DNA of 64,000 bases from the human T2T-CHM13v2.0 reference genome, Homo sapiens. The position numbers and the translations under genes were made by a program. The notes beneath the pieces were generated by a model. The model saw only the letters and a list, made by a program, of their open reading frames with translations. It ran no database searches and had not been told where the DNA came from. Positions 1 to 14,240 of the stretch are shown piece after piece (positions within the stretch are counted from its first letter, which is position 1; each line of letters opens with the position of its first letter). Location: the NCBI RefSeq assembly GCF_009914755.1, contig NC_060944.1. One strand, given 5' to 3'.

Positions 1-20
1 CTGCATGCAATAGACAAAGG

Positions 21-120
21 GAGGGAAGGGGAAGTGAGCCAGGCCTGGCCGGCAGAATGCTGCGCCTCTGAGGAAAGGGGGAAGTGAGCCAGGCCTGGCC
101 GGCAGAATGCCGCGCCTCTG
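21..120. repeat. 50 bp tandem duplication (2 copies)
   Basis: 28-70 and 78-120 are identical apart from t61/c111. Confidence 0.9.
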
Positions 121-1277
121 GGTGTTGCACACTCCCTGACACCCTGGCCCCTCTTAGTGGGTAAGGGAGGGACATTTGGAGTGTGGTCTCTTGACTTCTT
201 CACTCTGGACTTCCACTGGGAGAGAAATTGACAAAACCTGTGGAAGAACCTAGGAATTATATTGGCCATTCATGCTCATTAGAGCATTCCGTCTGTTCAG
301 CAATACTGAAAGAGAATTGTGATCCTGTCTCTATTTGTTTTTTAAGTACATTTGTTTGAGGGGTTTGTGTGTGAGGGAGGGGATATGTGTTGTGTTTTGT
401 TTTGTTTTTTGATTACTGTGAAATGAGGGACACAATAGTACTACCTCAGGGTTTTTCTGAGAATGGAATGAGATGTCAGCACATAGAGTGCTTAGCGCTT
501 AGTCCAGCTCTTAGTAAAATACACAAAGGGGAAAAAAATGTGATCACCAGGAGTCTTCTCCGTGGAAATGGGCGGTGAAAGCTGAGGTATGGCTCTGCCT
601 CCTGATCAGAGGCCCTGTCTCCCTCCTATGCCTTTCAGCCATAGCTTCCTCCATGTAGCCCTCTTTATTAGGTCATTGTGGCATGTCTTGCCTCTTCCAG
701 CAATTTGTGCTCCTCAGTGAGCAAACTGTGATTTGCTAAGAAATATAAACCTATTGTGTTCCATTCTGCTGTACCCTTTCTGTGTCGGATGAGATGGTAG
801 GCTGTCTTTTGCCACAACCAAAATGGCAGTTGTTCTTTCAAGGCTTAGAAATTGTGTGAGAACTTCTCCTTCAGGACCTGGTGGTTTTTTAATCAGGCCT
901 GAATTTTACACATGCCTAGGGAGATCAGAGGCCTCCCTCTGATCTGATTAAAAGGAAAGAAGACTTGAATTTACCCTCCCACCCAGCTTGGGCAGGCAAG
1001 CAGCTCATTTTTTACCCATGGATGTCCAATGGCCCCAACATCATTTGTTATTCCTTCATTGAATTACTTTTGAAACTTTGTCAAAAATCAGTTGTCTGTA
1101 CATCTGTGGATCTATCTCTGGATCCCTTGTTCTTTTCCATTGATCTCTATGTCTCTTCCTCTGTCAATATTACTCTATCAGTATTGATTATTGTAGGCCT
1201 TAATATTGAGTAGAATAATTCCTCCCACTTTTTCTTCGTCAAGGTAGTTGTAGCTATTCTAGGTTCTGTGCCTTTTC

Positions 1278-1605
1278 TTTTTTTTCTTTTTTCTTTCTTT
1301 TTTTTTTTCTTTGTTTGAGACAGAGTCTCACTGTGTCTCAAAAAGGCTCAGGCTGGAGTGCAGTGGTGTGATCTTGGCTCACTTCAACCTCTGCCTCCGG
1401 GGTTCAAGTGATTCTCCTGCCTCAACCTTCTGAGTAGCTGGGACTACAGATGCGTGCCACCATGCCTGGCTAATTTTTTGTATTTTTAGTAGAGACGGGG
1501 TTTTACCATGTTAGCCAGGATGGTCTCGATCTCCTGACCTCGTGACCCACCCATCTTAGCCTCCCAAAGTGCTGGGATTACAGACGTGAGCCACCGCACC
1601 TGGCC
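1278..1605 (-). mobile_element. Alu (AluSc/Y-like), full length
   Basis: Poly-T followed by reverse Alu consensus. 13 bp TSD tctgtgccttttc at 1265-1277 and 1606-1618. Confidence 0.95.
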
Positions 1606-2576
1606 TCTGTGCCTTTTCATATAAACTTTAGAGTAAGCTTGTGTATATCTATGAAAAACCTTGCTAGGATTTTGATAGGAGTTGCATTAAACCTATAGAT
1701 TAGTTTGGGGAGAATTGACATTCTTGCTATGAACATGATATATCTTATCTCTCCATTTATTAATATTTAGGTTTTATTTGATTTCCATCAGTATCATTTG
1801 TAATTTTCAACATATAGATCCTGTACATAGCTTGTTATTTGTTTAAAGCAGAAAGGGAGATGATTATGAATGGCATATTCTGTCCTTTGTTTTGGTTTTC
1901 AAATGTTCATTGTTAGTGTGTAGAAATGTAGTTGATTTTCCTGTGTTGAACTCTTCTATCCTGTCACCTTGCTGAATTCAAGGTGTTTAGGGTTTTTTTG
2001 TTTTTTTTTTTTTTTTGGTAGATTCCTTGGGAATTTCAGGGTAGACTATCATGTCATTTGCAAATAGGGACAGTTTTATTCCTTACTTGCTAATATGAAT
2101 GCCTTTTGTTTTTCTTGCCTTATTGCAGTGGTCAGGATGTCCAATATTATGTTAAATAAGAGTGATGAGAAAGAATATGCTTTCCTCGTTCCCAATCTTA
2201 GGAGCAAAGCATTCAGTCTTTCACAGTAAAGTATATTGTTAGGGGTAGGTTTTTTGTAAATGTTCTTTATCAGGTTAAAGAAGTTCCCCTTTATTCTTAG
2301 TTTGTTGAGAGTTTTTAATCTTGAATGGATTTATCATGTTGGATTTTGTCAAAAGCTTTTTTCTGTATCAATTGATATGATCATATGATTTTTCTTCCAT
2401 AGCTTATTGATATGGTAGATTACGTTGATTGATTTGTGACTATTAACCAGTCTTGCATGCCTAGAACAAATCATACTTGGTCATGGCATATAGTTCTTTT
2501 TATACATTTTTAAATTCAATTTGCTCATATTTTGTTGAGGATTTTTTTTGTGTGTAAGTTCATAGGATATACTAGT

Positions 2577-2579
2577 CTA

Positions 2580-2633
<54 letters not shown>

Positions 2634-2639
2634 TTTTTT
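2577..2639. repeat. (TA)n(T)n microsatellite
   Basis: Direct reading. Confidence 0.9.
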
Positions 2640-4178
2640 GGTGTAGTCTTTGCCTGGTTTTGATACCAGAGTAATACTGGTCTCATGAAATGGATTGGAA
2701 CGTATTCCCTCCTCATATATTTTCTAGAAGTGACTGTAAAATTGGTGTTAATTCTTCTTTGAATGTTTGGTAGAATTCTTCCTGAAATCATCTGAGCCTG
2801 GAGATTTTTGGTTTTTGTTTTTTTATTTTATTTTTTTAGAATGTTAAGTGTAATTCAGTTTCTTTAATGGAACTATTCAGATTATCTATTTCATTTTGGC
2901 TGAGTTGTAGTTTATGGTTTTTAAGAATTGGTCTATTCTGAGTTGTTGGATTAAGTTGTTCTTAGTATTCTCTTATTATCCTTTCAGTGGCTACAGATCT
3001 ATTGTAATATCTCCTGTTTCGTTCTTGTTATTGGTGACTGTGTCCTCTCTCTTTTTGTATTTGTCAGTCTCGCCAGGAGTTGGTCAGTTTTATTCTTTTT
3101 TTTTGAAGAATTGACTTTGTTTCATTTTCTCTCTTGTTTTTCTTTTTTATTGACTTCTGTTCTTACCTTTATTACTTCTGCTTGCTTTGAGTTAATTTGC
3201 TCTTCTTTTTCTAGGTTCTTTAGGTCAGAATTTTGGTTATTGATTTGAATTCCTTCCTCTATTTTGATGTAAGCATTTAGTGCTATGAGGTTTCTTCTCA
3301 GCAATCCTTTAGTTATATCCCACATATTTTCGTATGTTTTTATTTTCATTTTAATTCAGTGCTATATATTTCTTTTTTGTGACTTTGATCCAAGGATTTT
3401 CTAGAAGTATGTTGCTTAATTTTCATGTATTTAGAGAGTTAACTTTTTGTTTTGATTTCTGTTATGATTCCATATGGTTGGAGAACATACTTTATATGAT
3501 TTCAGTTATTTTACATTTGTGAGCTTTGCTTTATGGGCCAGGATGTGGTTCATTTTAAAATACCAGTGTTTTAGGAAGCCTGGAGTCCTGCCCACTCTGT
3601 TACCTCAGCCTGCCTCCACACCTCAGCTGTGGCTCACGTCACTTGTCTCTCACAGGCATAGAAAAAGAGGCCCAGGCAGGATGGGACAGGTGGTAGGGGC
3701 AGCCTTCCGAGGACCCCTGAGTTAGTGACAGAACTGGACCTTGAACCCCCAGAGCTCTGCCTGCCTGGAACAGGAACCTGGTTCATCCTCCCCATGGAGC
3801 CTTTGCCTTCCATGACCCTTCCCATGACACGTGATGAACACACAATGAAGCTGAGGGAGGGGTGAGGCGGGTGAGGACAGAGGAGTAGCCAATCCAGGCC
3901 CTGTGCCCCTACACCCTCACCTCTTTCTAATGGGGTGGTAAACGAGGAGGGGCAACTCAGATGCCTAAGAAGCTTGGGCCCAAATCTCAGAGACAGCGTG
4001 GGGCTGTTGCCCCCCTCACCCAGGTCCAGCAGGCGGCCTGTTCCCCCACTTATAAACAGGCCAAGCGCAATGCCAGGAGCTATCAGGGCCGCCGCCGCCG
4101 CCGTCGTTGCAGCCAGAATACCACTTCCAGGGTTCCTAGCCAACTGCAAGCAGTTGACTCTTCATCTGCTTCCTGCAG

Positions 4179-4364
4179 GACCTACAAGAACAGTGAGGAG
4201 CTTCGGTCTCGTATTGTGTCTGGAATCATCACACCTATCCATGAGCAGTGGGAAAAGGCTAATGTAAGCAGTCCCCACCGGGAGTTCCCCCCTGCTACCG
4301 CCAGAGAGGTGGACCCACTCCGGATTCCTCCACACCACCCACACACCAGTCGGCAGCCTCCCTG
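4179..4364 (+). CDS. PSMF1: PSMF1 (PI31) internal coding exon (probably exon 4), 186 nt, phase 2-2
   Basis: Encodes (R)TYKNSEELRSRIVSGIITPIHEQWEKANVSSPHREFPPATAREVDPLRIPPHHPHTSRQPP(W), recognised as PI31. Acceptor tcctgcag|G; donor TG|gtgagt. Confidence 0.97.
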
Positions 4365-7300
4365 GTGAGTACAGAGTGCCTAGCGGGAAGCCCATGCTTC
4401 TGTAGAGGGATTCCAGCCAGCTATCCCCATCCTGCCACTTGACCCCATCCCTGGCCCGTATGTGTTTTCAACAAAATGATCAGTGTCTTGGGGTGCATGG
4501 AGTTAGAAAGTGGAGACGTAAGTGGAGCAGTGAGTTCTTGAACTGCTACTAGTCACCCTAATTACCCAAAATCCTAAGCCTGCCTGATTTCTTTCTAGGG
4601 GCCACACAGAGCCCCTGAGTCTGTCCAAGGATCAGTGCCTCTGGGGCTTATGTGCAGTAGTCTAAGGTTGCTGCCCAGGTAATTCACAGCTAATTCATTC
4701 CAGAGCTTTTTGTCTAGACAGGGCCCTGGGCCAGTCTTTCTGAGAAAATGTAAACATGTAGAGGTACTAGCCCAGAGGAGATGCAGTCCCAGTGTCTTGC
4801 CCATTTCATTTCATTGTAGTCCCCCAATCTCACTATCAAGTTCAGAAGTTTTCCAAAATAGCATGGGATGTGAGTGAGTCACATTCCAAGGTTTTTGCAG
4901 ATTAGGATGGCAGCATTAGGACTGGAGACTTCTGCTCAGAGGGAGGAGACAAGGACCAGGGGACCCTAGTCTCTAGCTGAGACAGCACTTCTCAGTTTGG
5001 AGCCCGTACTGTGATACCATACTGTTGGTAGGGATAAGGGACAGAGTTCACTGTGAGGGACATGAATAAGCACTTAATAAATGTAGACTACCATTGTTAT
5101 TTTATTCTGGTTTGCAATTATATGCCTTTAGTTAGCTAAAAATGGGAAATCAGTTTAATTATTCCAAGTAATGATTGGCGTATCTCTTTGGCAAAATCTT
5201 TACCAAAAATATTGAGTCCTGTGAAGAGAATGGAGAATAAGAAAAAGTGGTTGAAAAGGTTGAAAATGGCTTGTCTGATATATCTTATTTTACCAAAGGG
5301 AATAGAGATAAGATGACCTGCCTGAGTTCGCCAGCCACTAATAAAGAGGCAGAGCCAGGGCTGGGGTCTAGGTGTCCTTACTCCCTGCACAGTGCTCTGG
5401 CTGTGATGTAAACAGATGTGATCTAACCACCTTTCCATGGTGGAAAGATTTAAGAATAAGCCCTGGTCAGAAGTCAAGTTGGGAAAAAATTTTAGACCTA
5501 AAGTAAATAGTAATTCTCAGCTTTATTAGACCCAATGCCCATTTCAAAACAAGTATTCTGTGAAATATCCCTTACTATATTGAAATGGAATTCATAGGTA
5601 TTCTAACTTACCTCATGCACATTTCAGAGGAAATCAGTATAAAGTCCTAACTATAACATAAATTAGAAAAAGAGAGTAATTGATAAGATGATGATGTGTA
5701 TTCCATGCGTAGGTGCCTGAGTACACTGGAGAGCATGGATGTTTACACCTGTATGTGGAATTATCTTGAATTCAACAGTGACAAAGGCTGTTGTATATAG
5801 ATGTATTATGTCAACAACTCAAATACCACAAAACTCTGTTGCTGTTACTAACATGACTTTTTTGAAATGGTAAACAGCTGTTAGGAGAATTGCAAACAAA
5901 ATAGTGATTGAATATTGTTTCTTCAGTTATACCATAGTTACATTCCTGGAAAAATGTGCTTGTTTTAAAGTAGTAGAAAAAAATACTTAGTGTTCATATA
6001 TAAAATGGCCTTACATTCAGATAATTTATTTAGGCTTTACACCTCCATGAGTATCTAACAAGACATTTGAAAATTGTGTGGGATGCAGGTCATTCTTCAT
6101 TTCGTGAAACTCTACTATGAATTGTAGAACATCCAGCATCTCTGGTCTCTGCCTGTAAATGCCAAGAACGCCCTCCAACTACTATGACAAGCAAAAATGA
6201 CCCCAGGGCTTGCACTATGGCACCTGGAGGCTATGCTTCCCTATTTGGGAATCATAGACGTAGAGTATAGAATTGTGAAAGTAAAAATCCTAGCCTTGGA
6301 AGAACTGAGAGAATGAGAAAATCACCATGTTGCAACTTCTGCTGAAATAATGTACCTAGTCACAAATTGTCAATGGTTGATAAAACTATTAAGTAAAGGT
6401 CGATAGGGGACTTTATAATAGGTGGATCTGGTGAGTAGCATCTGAACCCATTGGTTAATCTTAACGCTAAAAGTGGGATAGCCAGATACTGTTTTCTAAT
6501 ATTATGCAATAGTAAGTTCACAGCAACCTCAATCTAGATCTAACTCCCAGTTTAAAAATATGAAGGACAGAAGAATGAGTCAAACAGGTGCATGAGGATA
6601 CAACATCCAAAATTGGAATATGGAAAAATTATATAGGATAAATTGACCTTGTTTTTTCAACAAATAAATTAATCGCATGGGGAGAAAAGGGAGAAGGAGG
6701 CTCTTGTGGAAAGAGTCATACCAACTAAAATGCAGTGTTGGACCTTGTTTGGATCTTGATTCAAACTAATTCAAAAAATTATTTTTCAAACATTTGGGGA
6801 AATTTGAGCATGGACCAGGTATTAGATAGCATTATGAATTACTGCCAGTTTTGTTAGGTGAAATAATTCTGCTTATGTTAAAAAAAGTCTTTATCTGTTA
6901 GAGATATACATTGAAGTATTTAAAGGTGAATGATATGTCTGGGATTTACTTTAAAATAATTTCAGCCCCCGCCAAAAGAGTAAGGTGTTGGGGAGGGGAA
7001 GTATAAGTAAAATAAGAATGGTGGACTATTGATAATTATTGAAGTTAGGCGGGAATACACACAGGAACTCATGATACTATTCTTACTATTTTTTGGTATG
7101 TTAAAAAATTTCCTTAATAAGGAGTTTTTATTAATACCAGTTCTTCACATAGTCCTCCAAAAAATAGAAGAGGAGGGAATACTTCCCAGCTTCTTCTGTG
7201 AAGCTAGTATTATCCTGATAACCAGTACCAAAGACATGACAAGAAAACTACAAGCCAGTATCCTTTATGAATACAGATATGAAAACCCTTAACAAAGTAC

Positions 7301-7425
7301 TAACAAACCAAATCCAGCAACATATACAAAGGATTATATAACATGACCAAGTGAAATTGATTCCAGGAATGATTAACATCTGAAAATAAATCAGTGTTAA
7401 GATACCATATCAATAGAACAAAGGA

Positions 7426-7605
<180 letters not shown>

Positions 7606-7664
7606 CTACATGTTCATCTCGATAGAAAAATAGCATTTGACAAAGTCTGACACCCTTTCATGAC

Positions 7665-8278
<614 letters not shown>

Positions 8279-8599
8279 CTAAAGCCAATAAAGAGCATCT
8301 ACAAAAAGCTCACAGCTGACATTCTCCTTAATGGAGAAAGATGGAGTGTTTTCCTCTTAAGATCCGGAACAAGGCAAGCATGTTTGCTTTTGTTTTTGCC
8401 ACTTTTATATAACATTGTACTTGATATTCTAGCCAGGGCAATCACTCAAGAAAAATAAGGGGTATCCAGATTAGAAAGTAGGAAGTAAAAATACCTCTAT
8501 TTGTCAATGACGTGATATCTTGTATACAGAAAATCCTAAGGAATCCTCCGAAAAACAGAACTAAGCAAGTTCAGCAATGTGGCAGGATATAAAATTGAT

Positions 8600-8861
<262 letters not shown>

Positions 8862-10990
8862 TTAATGAAATTATCCCATTTATAACAACCCCCAAAAGAA
8901 TATAATACGTAAAAATAAATTTAACAAAAGAAGAATTGTGAAAGATTTGGGAAAGAATTGTGTAAGATTTGTACAGTGAAAACTGTAAAACATTGTTGAA
9001 AGAAATTAAAGATTTAAGTAAAGGAAAGACATTCTGTGCTCACGGCTAGGAAGAATTAATATTAGCCATACTCCCCACTTGATCTACCTATTCAGTGCGA
9101 TCCCAGTGAAAATCCCAGCAGGTTTTGGGTTTTTCCCCCCCAGAAATTGGCAAGCTGATCCTAAAATTCAGGTAGAAATGCAAGGGAACCAGAATGGCTA
9201 AAACAATCTCAAAGAAAAACAAAGTTGAAAGACTTCCAGATCCCTATTTCAAAACTTATTACAAAGCTTCAATCATCAGGACCGTGTGGCACTGGCATTA
9301 GGATAAACATATAGAGCAAGGAAATAGAATTGAGAGTCTAGAAATTAACCCATACATTCATAGGGAATTGATTTCAGCAAGGTTGCCAAGACAATTTAGT
9401 AGAGAAACCATAGTCTTTTCAAATGGTGCTGGGACAATTGGATATCTACATGCAAAAGAATGAAGTTGGGTCCCTTCCTCGATTACCTCTAAATGAATCA
9501 CACACCTGAGTGTAAGAGCTTGAACTATAAAATTTCTAGACCTAGAAATAAGTCTACCTTGGGTAGTCTTATTCCCTGACCTTCAGTTAGACTGTGGTTT
9601 CTTAGACACAATACCTGGGAGGTTAAAAGCACAAGCAGCGAGAAAAAATAGACAAATCAAACTTTGTCAAAATTAAAATATTTTGTGCATAAAAGGATAG
9701 TATCAAGAAACTGAAAAGATAACCCAAAGAATGGGAGAGAATATTTGCAAATCAGATATCTGACAAGAAGCTTGTATCCAGAATATATAAAGAGCTCTTA
9801 CGACTGAACAATACAAAAGAAAACTCAATTTTAAAATGTTCAAAGGATTTGAGTAGATATTTCTCCAAGGAGGATGTACAGATAGTCCATGAGCACAAGA
9901 AAAGGTGTGCAACAACATTGGTCATTAGGGAAATGGAAATCCAAACCAAGAAATAGTATTATTTGCAATAGCCAAAAAGTAAGAACAACCTAAATGTCTA
10001 TCATTTGATGAATAGCAAATATGATATATGCTTACAACTGAATATGGATATTACAGCAATAAAAATGAAGGATTTGTTATAATGTGGATGAACCTTTAAA
10101 ACATCACGTTAAGTGAAAGAAGCCAGTCATAAAAGACTATATATGATTTATTTATGTGAAATGTCCAGAATAGGCAACTTTATAGAGATAGAAAGCAGAT
10201 TAATGGTTGCCAGGGTGGAGGTGGAAGATGGGAAAGCAGGAATGAGGAGAGACTGCTAATGGGTACCAGGTTTCTTTTTGGGGTGAAGAAAATGTTCTGA
10301 AATTAGAACATTTGCATATTCTGTGAACATCTAAAAACCATGCGTTATACATGTTAGCTGGTTGAATTTTATAAGTGAAATGTATCTCAATAAAGCTATA
10401 AAAAATGGGTATTTTACAAAAGTCCTAGACTTGGGTTAATTGGAAACATGAATATATAATGATAGAAATTATTTCCTTCAGATCAAACCATAGTCCAAGA
10501 GAATTGATAATAACTGCCCATGACTGGGGCTTTTTTTTTCTTTTTAATATTTTTTCTTCAGCTGAAGAGTGGTTTGTTAGTACCTAAACAATATTTTAAG
10601 GACTCATCATCATACCAGCAAACGTGATTTATTTAAAATTAGCTACTGAATGCCTTCCCCCTAAGGAAGAAGGCAAGGATAACCGCTCTGACCACTCTTA
10701 TTCAGCATAATACTAGAAGTTTTAGCCCGCACATTAAAACAAGAAAAAGAATTATCATACAGATAAGGAAGGAAGAAATAAACCAGTTTATATATGCAGA
10801 TGACATAATGATCTACATAGAAAATCCCAAGGAATCTACCAAAAATAATAATAAAAATAAGTTTGACCAGGTTGCCAGATACCAGATTAACATACAAAAG
10901 TTAATTGTATTTTTATATACTAGCAATAAACACGTGGAACGAAATTTAAAATACAGTACTGTTTATAGTTGTTCAACAACTACTCAGATA

Positions 10991-11314
<324 letters not shown>

Positions 11315-11324
11315 CTATAATTCT

Positions 11325-11982
11325 TTTTTTTTTATTGTTATACTTCAAGTTTTAGGGTACATGTGCACAACGTGCAGGTTAGTTACATATGTATACATGT
11401 GCCATGTTGGTGTGCTGCACCCATTAACTCATCATTCAACATTAGGTATTTCTCCTAATGCTATCCCTCCCTCCTCCCCCAACCCCACAACAGGCCCCGG
11501 TGTGTGATGTTCCCCTTCCTGTGTCCAAGTGTTCTCATTGTTCAATTCCCACCTATGAGTGAGAACATGCAGTGTTTGGTTTTTTGCCCTTGCAATAGTT
11601 TGCTGAGAATGGTGGTTTCCAGCTTCATCCATGTCCCTACAAAGGACGTGAACTCATCATTTTTTATGGCTACATAGTACTCCATGGTGTATATGTGCCA
11701 CATTTTCTTAATCCAGTCTATCATTGTTGGACATTTGGGTTGGTTCCGAGTCTTTGCTATTGTGAATAGTGCCGCAATAAACATATATGTGCATGTGTCT
11801 TTATAGCAGCATGTTTTATAATCCTTTGGGTATATACCCAGTAATGGGATGGCTGGGTCAAATGGTATTTCTAGTTCTAGATCCCTGAGGAATCGCCACA
11901 CTGACTTCCACAATGGTTGAACTAGTTTACAGTCCCACCAACAGTGTAAAAGTGTTCCTATTTCTCCACATCCTCTCCAGCA
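11325..11982 (-). mobile_element. Young primate L1PA 3' end (about 660 bp, 5' truncated)
   Basis: Near-intact ORF2p C-terminus ([28 protein letters not shown]...CMFSLIGGN), L1PA 3' UTR and poly-T. TSD cagctataattct / caggtataattct. Confidence 0.95.
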
Positions 11983-12862
11983 GGTATAATTCTAACAAAA
12001 CTTGTATAAGATTTTTATACTGAAAACTACAAAATGCTAGTGAAAGAAATCAAAGAAGATCTAAATAAATGGAGAGACATAACATATTCATGGATTAAAA
12101 AATCAGCATAGTAAAAATGTCAGATACTCCACAAATTGATACACTATTTTAATGCAATTCCTATCAAAAATCCCAACAAGAATTTCTGCAGATATAGCAA
12201 GATACAGCAGATAATATTTATATGGAAAGGCAAAGAATCTAAGATAGCTATAACAATTTTTTAAAAGAATAAAGTAGAAGAAATCATTCTACCCAATATT
12301 AGGGCTAATTATATAGCTAAAGTAATCAAGATGGTGGAATTGGCAGAGGGACAGACATATAGATAAGTAGAACAGAATAGTGAACACAGAACTAAGACCA
12401 GCCAACTTTTGACAAGGGTGCAAAAACAAGTCAATGGAGGAAAGAATGTCTTTCAGTAGATGATGCTGGAGCAATTGGATAATCACAAGCAAAAATATGA
12501 CCCTTGACCTTAACCTTCTATAAAAATGACCTCAAAGTGGATCATTGATTTAAATGTAACATACAATACCACAGCACTCCTAGAAGAAAACACAAGAGGA
12601 AATCTTCAGTATCTCAGGCTTGGTGAAGAGTTCTTAGATACAGCACTAAATGCACAGTGTTTAAAAAGATGCTAAATTGGACTTCATTGAAATTTAAAAC
12701 TTTTGCTCTGTGAAAGACCCTGTTAAGAGGATAGAAGCATAACCTACAGTTTGGGAGGCAATGCTTGGAAACCATATATTCAACAAAGGATTCATATCTA
12801 GATAAAGAACTCTCAAAATCAACAGCTTAAGAAACTATCCAATTAGAAAATGGAAAAATGAA

Positions 12863-13160
12863 GGCCAGGCATGGTGGCTCATGCCTGTAATCCCAGTACT
12901 TTGGGAAGCTGAGGTGGTTGGATCACCTGAGGCCAGGAATTCGAGATCAGCCTGGCCAACATGGTGAAACGGTGTCTCTTCAAAAATACTAAAATTAGCG
13001 GGTGTGGTGGTGCATGCCTGTAGTCCCAGCTACTCGGGAGGCTGAGGCAGAGGATCACTTGAACCCGGGAGGCGGAGGTTGCAGTGAGCCGAGATGGCAC
13101 CACTGCTCTCCAGCCTGGGTGACAGAGCAAGACTCCGTCCCCCCCAAAAAAAGAAAAAAA
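12863..13160 (+). mobile_element. AluS
   Basis: Dimeric Alu; TSD aaaatggaaaaatga on both sides. Confidence 0.93.
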
Positions 13161-13894
13161 TGGAAAAATGATATGAAGAGGTAGTACACTGAGAAGGATG
13201 TACAGATGGCAAAGAAGCAATGAAAAGATGCTCAGCATTGTTAGCCATTAAGCTAGGTGAAATGCAAATGAAACCACAATGGGAGTTTCACACCTATTAG
13301 AATAGCCAAAATTAAAAATAGTGATGATACTAAATTCTAGAGAGAGTGCAGAAAAACTGGATCATGTACACTGCTGGTGGGCATGTTAAATGTTACAGCT
13401 ACTCTGGAAAATCATTTGGCAGTTTCTTAAAAAACTAAACGTGTACTTAATAGTTAGCTCCAGGAATCACACTCCTGAACATTTATCTCAGAAAAATGAA
13501 AATTGTGCCCACAGAAAAACCTGTACACAGATGTTCAGAAGAGTTTTATTTGTAATAGCCAAAAGCTGGAAATAATCCGATGTGCCTCCTCCAGTGATGA
13601 ATAGTTAAAGGAACCGTGGTTTATCCATACTGTGGAATACCACTCGGCAGCATAAAGGAATGAATTGTTGAAACACAGCAATTTGGTTAATCAGAGTTAT
13701 TATGCTGAGTGAAAGAAGCCATTCCCAAAAGGTCACATATTGTGTGATTCCACTTACATAACATTTTTAAAATGACACAGTTATAGAGGCGCTAAACAGA
13801 TTAGTGGTTGCCAGGGGTTATGAGGGCAGGGCTGTAGGTGTGGTTATTAAGGGGAGTAGCATGAGAGAGATCTTTGTGGTGGTTTAACTATTAG

Positions 13895-14240
<346 letters not shown>

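Larger units (their letters stand above)
1000..3560 (-). mobile_element. Old L1 (L1M-type) ORF2 fragment, interrupted by an Alu and a TA/T microsatellite
   Basis: Minus-strand peptides resemble L1 ORF2p (TYENMWDITKGLLRRNLIALNAYIKIEEGIQINN...LEKEEQ). Confidence 0.85.

Noticed and set aside
11542-11913. Intact-looking L1 ORF2 C-terminal ORF
   Set aside because: A 5'-truncated 660 bp insert with no promoter, endonuclease or RT; not autonomous.
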